Source: Acholeplasma laidlawii PG-8A
Lineage (GTDB): Bacteria; Bacillota_I; Bacilli_A; Acholeplasmatales; Acholeplasmataceae
NCBI RefSeq assembly: GCF_000018785.1
Contig: NC_010163.1
Coordinates: 840,001 to 872,000, forward strand
Direction: 5' to 3'
Length of the DNA stretch: 32,000 nucleotides
Both the position numbers and the translations under genes were made by a program. Of this stretch, positions 27,923 through 32,000 are shown piece by piece; within the stretch, counting starts at the first letter, position 1; each line of letters starts with the position of its first letter. The notes below the pieces were generated by a model, which saw nothing but the letters and a program-made list of their open reading frames with translations, did not search any database and was not told where the DNA came from.

Positions 27923-28486
27923 ATGAACTACCCAAATAAAAAAAAGCCAATCAAAAATGTTAATAATTACGCTAACCTTGGAATGACTTTAGAATCCGAT
28001 ATAGATTTAACTAATCAGTATTATTTATCTCATCAAATTGCTGTAATTCATAAAAAACCTACGCCTATTCAAGTTGTTAATGTCAGCTATCCTGCTCGTA
28101 ATAAAGCTAAAATTGTTGAAGCTTACTACAGAACACCTTCTACTACCGATTTTAATGGTTTATATAAAGGACGTTATATTGATTTTGATGCCAAAGAAAC
28201 AAATTCTAAAACAAGTTTCCCATTATCCAATGTACATGAGCATCAAGTTAATCATTTATCTGATGTTGATGCTCATGGTGGTATTGCTTTTTTAATCATT
28301 GGATGGTCTCAATATAATGAGTATTACATTTTATTTTTCAAAGATCTCATATCTTTTTGGCAAGCATCAAAACAAGGTGGTAGAAAATCAATTCCTTATA
28401 CTTTCTTCAAGGAAAATTGTCACCAAATACCATTTAGTTATGAACCACGTCTTGATTATCTTAGCATTATAAATAAATTAATTTGA
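27923..28486 (+). CDS. recU: Holliday junction resolvase RecU
   Basis: 187 aa. YANLGMTLESDIDLTNQYYL...AVIHKKPTPIQVVNV...TTDFNGLYKGRYIDFDAKET is nearly collinear with B. subtilis RecU as I recall it. SD is AGGAGA, 8 nt upstream. The stop is TGA. Confidence 0.93.
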   Translation: MNYPNKKKPIKNVNNYANLGMTLESDIDLTNQYYLSHQIAVIHKKPTPIQVVNVSYPARNKAKIVEAYYRTPSTTDFNGLYKGRYIDFDAKETNSKTSFPLSNVHEHQVNHLSDVDAHGGIAFLIIGWSQYNEYYILFFKDLISFWQASKQGGRKSIPYTFFKENCHQIPFSYEPRLDYLSIINKLI

Positions 28487-29104
28487 TCCAAACTGTAGTT
28501 TTAATTCTTTAAACTGAGGTAGTGCTAAACTACCAATAATAATGATACTTAATGCAGTGGTTAAGGTATAGATGATATTATATATACCTGAATAGATAAA
28601 TGCATTTTGATTTACATTATCCATTAAGTTTTGTGTAAACTCACTACCTGATGCATAAGCTGCCCAAAGAATTGCTCCTACTATTGTAGATGATAACCAT
28701 CTAATTAATAGTACAACAACCGTAGTGATACTAAACCAAATACGTGAGTCAAGTGCTTTTTTGAAGAATCCACTTAACCCAAGCGCACCAAATGCAACAA
28801 TATAGTCTAAGAAAAAGACTAAGAGTGCTTCACTCAAGTTTGTAGCAAAATAACTTAAGGCATAACCATCATAGAAAAATCCAAATAAACCATAAGTAAC
28901 TGCCCCTACAATGCCGTAAATCGGCCCTAAAAATATACCTATCATTATAATTGGTAATAATGATATGTTAAATAATCTACCACCTAAAGGCATCGATAGA
29001 TTAAGTCCAGGTATCAAACCTGTTATGACATCAAGTGCGATAGCTATCGCTAATAATGTGGATACGATGACCACATTTCTTATCTGAATCCTATTTTGAT
29101 TCAT
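28478..29104 (-). CDS. thiT: Thiamine transporter ThiT-like protein (ECF-type substrate-binding S component)
   Basis: 208 aa from the Met at 29104 (SD AAGGAGGAAG), about 6 TM. It resembles my recollection of L. lactis ThiT in the FLDYIVAFGALGLSGFF and IVGAILWAAYA segments. It lies directly downstream of a TPP riboswitch. The exact substrate (thiamine versus a precursor) is not resolved. Confidence 0.75.
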   Translation of the reverse strand: MNQNRIQIRNVVIVSTLLAIAIALDVITGLIPGLNLSMPLGGRLFNISLLPIIMIGIFLGPIYGIVGAVTYGLFGFFYDGYALSYFATNLSEALLVFFLDYIVAFGALGLSGFFKKALDSRIWFSITTVVVLLIRWLSSTIVGAILWAAYASGSEFTQNLMDNVNQNAFIYSGIYNIIYTLTTALSIIIIGSLALPQFKELKLQFGSN

Positions 29105-29123
29105 ATTTCTTCCTCCTTGGAAA

Positions 29124-29264
29124 TAAAAAAATTTCTTCGGGGCCAAAGAAATAAAAAGTTAAAAAAATATAATAACTTTCCCTCCGCTGGCATCACCCAG
29201 ATCAGGTTTAACGGGTCGACTTGATTAAAGTCCTCTCAGTCCATTACGTGGACTCCCCGAAGTT
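29124..29264 (-). promoter_or_regulatory. TPP (THI-box) riboswitch with terminator expression platform
   Basis: Minus strand aptamer (29264-29174) reads CUUCGGGGAGUCC...GGACUGAGAGG...GACCCGUUAAACCUGAUCUGGGUGAUGCCAGCGGAGGGAAAG, which matches the THI-element consensus (GGGGAG, CUGAGA, ACCUGAUCUGGAUAAUGCCAGCG). The terminator is a 9-bp stem AUUUCUUUG/CGAAGAAAU (29152-29131) followed by UUUUUUUAUUU. Confidence 0.9.
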
Positions 29265-29274
29265 GATCATATAC

Positions 29275-29283
29275 ATTATAGCA
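29275..29283 (-). promoter_or_regulatory. Extended -10 promoter of the TPP riboswitch-thiT unit
   Basis: Minus strand reads TGCTATAAT, about 11 nt upstream of the riboswitch P1. Confidence 0.5.
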
Positions 29284-29325
29284 TAACCAAAATAATTCGT
29301 TCTATTTTTGCTTAATATAACTATG

Positions 29326-29356
29326 AATAATTTTTAATAATTTTTAATAATTTAAT
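29326..29356 (+). repeat. Tandem 10-bp A/T repeat (AATAATTTTT, about 3 copies) abutting a -35 box
   Basis: Reads AATAATTTTT AATAATTTTT AATAATTTAAT, running directly into TTGACA at 29356. The period is one helical turn. Confidence 0.8.
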
Positions 29357-29384
29357 TGACAATTATGATAATTGCCCTTATAAT
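29356..29384 (+). promoter_or_regulatory. Consensus sigma-A promoter of the unknown-nfeD-SPFH operon
   Basis: TTGACA (29356-29361), exactly 17 nt, TATAAT (29379-29384). Both hexamers are perfect. Confidence 0.7.
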
Positions 29385-29406
29385 ATAGATATGAGAGGTG
29401 ATTTTA

Positions 29407-29781
29407 ATGAGTGTAACATGGTTTAATGGGGAACCAAAGGAAATTGTAGTAACAATTACACCGATAAACTTAACAGTAAATAAATCCGGTGTACAATTCT
29501 TTGAGTTTGCCAATCAGGTAATGTTAGGATATGATAAGGATAAAGATGTGATCTTAATTCGTCCCTTATCAAAAGATGATGTGTTAAGAGGGGATATCCC
29601 CGAACATACTAGATATAACATCAGCGTGAATGCTTCTTATGGAAGAATTGCTAATAAAGCATTCATTAGTCGAATATCTACTGTATTTGAATTAGTTTTT
29701 GAAGAAAAGGGGACGAAATTCAAAGCTGTTTGGAATAAAAATTCCAACATCTTAGAAGTTCGATTAAAGGAGGTATTATAA
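29407..29781 (+). CDS. Hypothetical soluble protein (124 aa), first gene of the NfeD-SPFH operon
   Basis: ATG at 29407 lies 8 nt after GAGAGGTGA. The GTG at 29398 in the ORF track overlaps the SD and is rejected. There is no TM segment or signal peptide, and I recognise no family. The stop lies 1 nt before the nfeD start. Confidence 0.6.
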   Translation: MSVTWFNGEPKEIVVTITPINLTVNKSGVQFFEFANQVMLGYDKDKDVILIRPLSKDDVLRGDIPEHTRYNISVNASYGRIANKAFISRISTVFELVFEEKGTKFKAVWNKNSNILEVRLKEVL

Positions 29782-29782
29782 C

Positions 29783-30241
29783 ATGATTGAGTTTCTAGCT
29801 GAATATGCAATATGGTTTTGGCTGTTAGTATTTGTTACTACGATTATTATTGAGTTTATGACTGTAGAATTTGTTAGCATTTGGTTTGCGCTTGCTTCTA
29901 TTCCTACATTAATTATCTCAATATTTATGCCAACAAATATCGGACTTCAAATGATCGTATTTTTCTTAACAGGGTTTATTCTTATGATACTTACTAGACC
30001 TGCATTAGTTAAATACTTTAAAAAGAATATCGTTTCAACCAATGTTGATGCCTATGTAGGTAAATCAGCAATAGTTATCAAAGAGATTTCACCCTTGACT
30101 CGTGGTCAAGTAGATTTTGAACATATGAACTGGACCGCTATTTCATCAGAAGATATTGAAGTAGGAGCTACTGTTCGTATTCTTGCAATTGAAGGAAATA
30201 AATTTATAGTAACTAAAATTAATAAGGAGGATTTAAATTAA
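29783..30241 (+). CDS. NfeD-family membrane protein (short form: TM region plus C-terminal OB-fold domain)
   Basis: 152 aa. Three N-terminal hydrophobic helices, then GKSAIVIKEISPLTRGQVDFEHMNWTAIS...VRILAIEGNKFIV, typical of the NfeD C-terminal beta-barrel. SD is AAGGAGG. It sits immediately upstream of an SPFH gene. Confidence 0.85.
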   Translation: MIEFLAEYAIWFWLLVFVTTIIIEFMTVEFVSIWFALASIPTLIISIFMPTNIGLQMIVFFLTGFILMILTRPALVKYFKKNIVSTNVDAYVGKSAIVIKEISPLTRGQVDFEHMNWTAISSEDIEVGATVRILAIEGNKFIVTKINKEDLN

Positions 30242-30242
30242 T

Positions 30243-31166
30243 ATGGAACCAGGACAAGTAGTATTAATTGTATTAGTTGTTGTACTAGGTGTACTTGCAT
30301 TACTTGTAATATCAGGTGTGCGTATTGTTACACAAACTAAAAAGTACGTTGTAGAACGTTTAGGAGCTTATCACACAACATGGGGCGTTGGTATTCACTG
30401 GCTTTTTCCATTTGTAGATAGAGTGGTATCTGTGGTATCACTTAAAGAACAAGTTAAAGACTTTGATCCACAAGCAGTAATCACTAAAGATAACGTTACA
30501 ATGCAAATCGATACGATCGTATTTTATCAAGTTACAGATCCAAAACTTTATGCTTATGGTGTTGAAAACCCAATACTAGCGATTGAAGCATTATCTGCTA
30601 CAACACTTCGTAACATCTTAGGGGATTTAGAACTTGATACTTCTTTAACCTCAAGAGATATTATCAACACCAAGATGCGCCACATCTTAGATGATGCTAC
30701 TGATAAATGGGGTATTAAAGTAAACCGTGTTGAAGTTAAAAACATTATGCCACCTAAAGACATTAGAGACTCTATGGAAAAGCAAATGCGTGCTGAACGT
30801 GAAAGACGTCAAACCATTTTAATTGCTGAGGGTGAAAAACGTGCTAAGATTTTAGAAGCTGAAGGTATTAATGAATCGATTATTTTAAAAGCTCAAGCGG
30901 ATAAACAACAAGTGATTTTAAACGCGGAAGCTCAAGCAGAATCTATTCGTCAATTAAAAGAAGCTGAAGCATTAGGTATTAAGTTAATTAAAGAAGCTGC
31001 ACCAGATGCAGCTGTACTACAAATTAAGGCTTATGAAGCACTTGCTAAACTTGCTGAAGGTCAAGCTACAAAGATTGTAGTTCCATCTAATTTAGCCGAT
31101 TTAGCTGGTACAGTGACTGCATTAACTGAAGTTGTTCAATCAGGTAAAGAACCAACTAAAAAATAA
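30243..31166 (+). CDS. SPFH/band-7 family protein (stomatin-like, QmcA/YbbK type)
   Basis: 307 aa. N-terminal TM anchor. SPFH domain (VERLGAYHTTWGVGIHWLFPFVDRV...TKDNVTMQIDTIVFYQVTDP...ATTLRNILGDLELD...WGIKVNRVEVKNIMPP). C-terminal coiled-coil rich in A/E/K. SD is AAGGAGGA. Confidence 0.92.
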   Translation: MEPGQVVLIVLVVVLGVLALLVISGVRIVTQTKKYVVERLGAYHTTWGVGIHWLFPFVDRVVSVVSLKEQVKDFDPQAVITKDNVTMQIDTIVFYQVTDPKLYAYGVENPILAIEALSATTLRNILGDLELDTSLTSRDIINTKMRHILDDATDKWGIKVNRVEVKNIMPPKDIRDSMEKQMRAERERRQTILIAEGEKRAKILEAEGINESIILKAQADKQQVILNAEAQAESIRQLKEAEALGIKLIKEAAPDAAVLQIKAYEALAKLAEGQATKIVVPSNLADLAGTVTALTEVVQSGKEPTKK

Positions 31167-31179
31167 GTGGTAAATAAAT

Positions 31180-31211
31180 AAGGTACTGTTCAAAGTGAAC
31201 AGTACCTTTTA
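31180..31211. terminator. Bidirectional terminator between the SPFH gene (+) and the M42-like gene (-)
   Basis: Perfect 12-bp stem AAGGTACTGTTC (31180-31191) / GAACAGTACCTT (31197-31208), 5-nt loop, T-run on the plus side and an A-rich (T-rich on minus) tract on the other. Confidence 0.8.
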
Positions 31212-32000
31212 TTATGTATATAATATCTCTTCTATGACTTTATCATTTAAGGATTCAACAAATAGTTTGAGTAACTTTTTAGTATGAACTAAATCAGAAT
31301 AGTCTATCATTTGGTGATGTGAGTGTTTATTTTTGATTGGTATACCAATGGATAATGTTGCAGCACCTAATTTTGATAGTTGAAGATAATGACCTTCACT
31401 TAAAACTGATTGTTGGTGTGCTTCTTGATAAGGTATTTTATGTAGTTTGCACAAGTTAAGTACATAATTTCTTAGTCTTGGATGAGCAATTAAGCCTTGA
31501 TCATAAAAACTAATTACCGGTCCACCCCCTAATTTAATAAAATCAGGCATCGTGTGATCTGTACTATCCATGGTATCTAAACTGATAGCTATATCAGGTT
31601 CTACCATGTAACTTGCTGTTTTAGCACCTTTCATGTTCATCTTGTGTTGAACAGTAAATGCAGCATTAAGTGCTACTTTTAAGTTTTCTACTTCTTCTAA
31701 AAGTTCACTTAATACATAAACAGATGATCTCGTATCTAAAGCTTTTGAAATAAAACGGTCATTTTCTAGTGACTTAAATTCAGCATAACGCGTAACCATA
31801 TCACCGATTTGAATACCTTTATCAAATGCTTCTTTATCCGATTTAAAACCAGCATCTAAATAAAGTGTTTTAAAGTCTTCTACTCTAGGTAGTTCATCAC
31901 CTGCTTGATAGGTTAAAGGCTTACCAATTAATGTAGCTAAAAATGTTTTATCTTTGGTTGTAACTAAAAATAATTGGTTTAATGAGTTCTTAGCATGCAT
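31212..32000 (-). CDS. M42-family (glutamyl aminopeptidase / YsdC / FrvX-like) protein, N-terminus outside the window; active-site residues look degenerate
   Basis: The 262 aa visible are collinear with the C-terminal roughly 260 residues of M42 peptidases: KALDTR versus KAWDNR, TVQHKMNMKGAKTA versus TVQEEVGLRGAKTA, EPDIAISLDT versus QPDIAFGVDV, and IPIKNKHSH versus IATRYIHTH. The frame is open at 32000, so the edge Met is not the start. Confidence 0.85.
   Translation of the reverse strand: MHAKNSLNQLFLVTTKDKTFLATLIGKPLTYQAGDELPRVEDFKTLYLDAGFKSDKEAFDKGIQIGDMVTRYAEFKSLENDRFISKALDTRSSVYVLSELLEEVENLKVALNAAFTVQHKMNMKGAKTASYMVEPDIAISLDTMDSTDHTMPDFIKLGGGPVISFYDQGLIAHPRLRNYVLNLCKLHKIPYQEAHQQSVLSEGHYLQLSKLGAATLSIGIPIKNKHSHHQMIDYSDLVHTKKLLKLFVESLNDKVIEEILYT

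Noticed and set aside
27916-27939. Seven-codon upstream ORF (MQNELPK) overlapping the recU start
   Set aside because: Its ATG is only 1 nt from the AGGAGA SD, which is too close. The recU ATG at 27923 has ideal 8-nt spacing. This is most likely a chance ATG.
31998-32000. The ATG at the window edge as the true start of the M42-like gene
   Set aside because: The visible protein aligns from about residue 95 of M42 family members, and the frame is open at the edge. The gene almost certainly continues beyond base 32000.
1-32000. Searched by eye for CRISPR-like spaced repeats, IS or transposase ends, integrases, phage or toxin-antitoxin modules, and tRNA or rRNA genes
   Set aside because: None found. 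The only tandem repeat is the 10-bp A/T repeat at 29326-29356. Every intergenic region longer than 100 nt is accounted for by promoters, terminators, rnpB or the two riboswitch leaders.

Overview
The window is an AT-rich, very densely coded bacterial chromosomal segment. It holds 32 protein genes (two cut by the window edges), one frameshifted pseudogene, one RNase P RNA gene and two riboswitch-class leaders (a T-box and a TPP riboswitch).

Gene content and order are typical of a low-GC Bacillota/Mycoplasmatota lineage: truB-ribF-(darA)-rpsO-pnp; rnhC next to mutS2-trxA; apt-relA-dtd ... hisS-aspS; RNase J, RecU, RNase HIII, a YlbL-type protease and a type-B RNase P RNA. TGA is used as a stop (recU) and the Trp codons I checked are TGG, so this is not a code-4 mycoplasma. 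An Acholeplasma-like or Erysipelotrichia-like genome is my best guess, by inference only.

Most genes lie on the minus strand in near-gapless chains. Several junctions overlap by 4, 11 or 17 nt.

I see no CRISPR array, transposase, integrase, phage gene, tRNA or rRNA. The window reads as syntenic core housekeeping DNA, not an accessory island. I found no convincing novel multi-gene system.

The most promising leads are:
- An unrecognisable soluble protein translationally coupled to an NfeD-SPFH pair, behind a perfect consensus promoter flanked by phased 10-bp A/T repeats.
- A partial M42 aminopeptidase homologue whose catalytic Glu-Glu dyad is replaced by His-Lys.
- A canonical T-box that appears to read tRNA-Asp yet sits in front of a GNAT gene, hisS and aspS, and may act as an internal attenuator of a longer transcription unit.
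- A glycerophosphodiesterase gene broken by a single-base frameshift, with a leaderless-type promoter geometry.
- An orphan membrane protein wedged between two membrane protease genes.

All product calls rest on motifs read by eye and recalled family knowledge. No searches were run.
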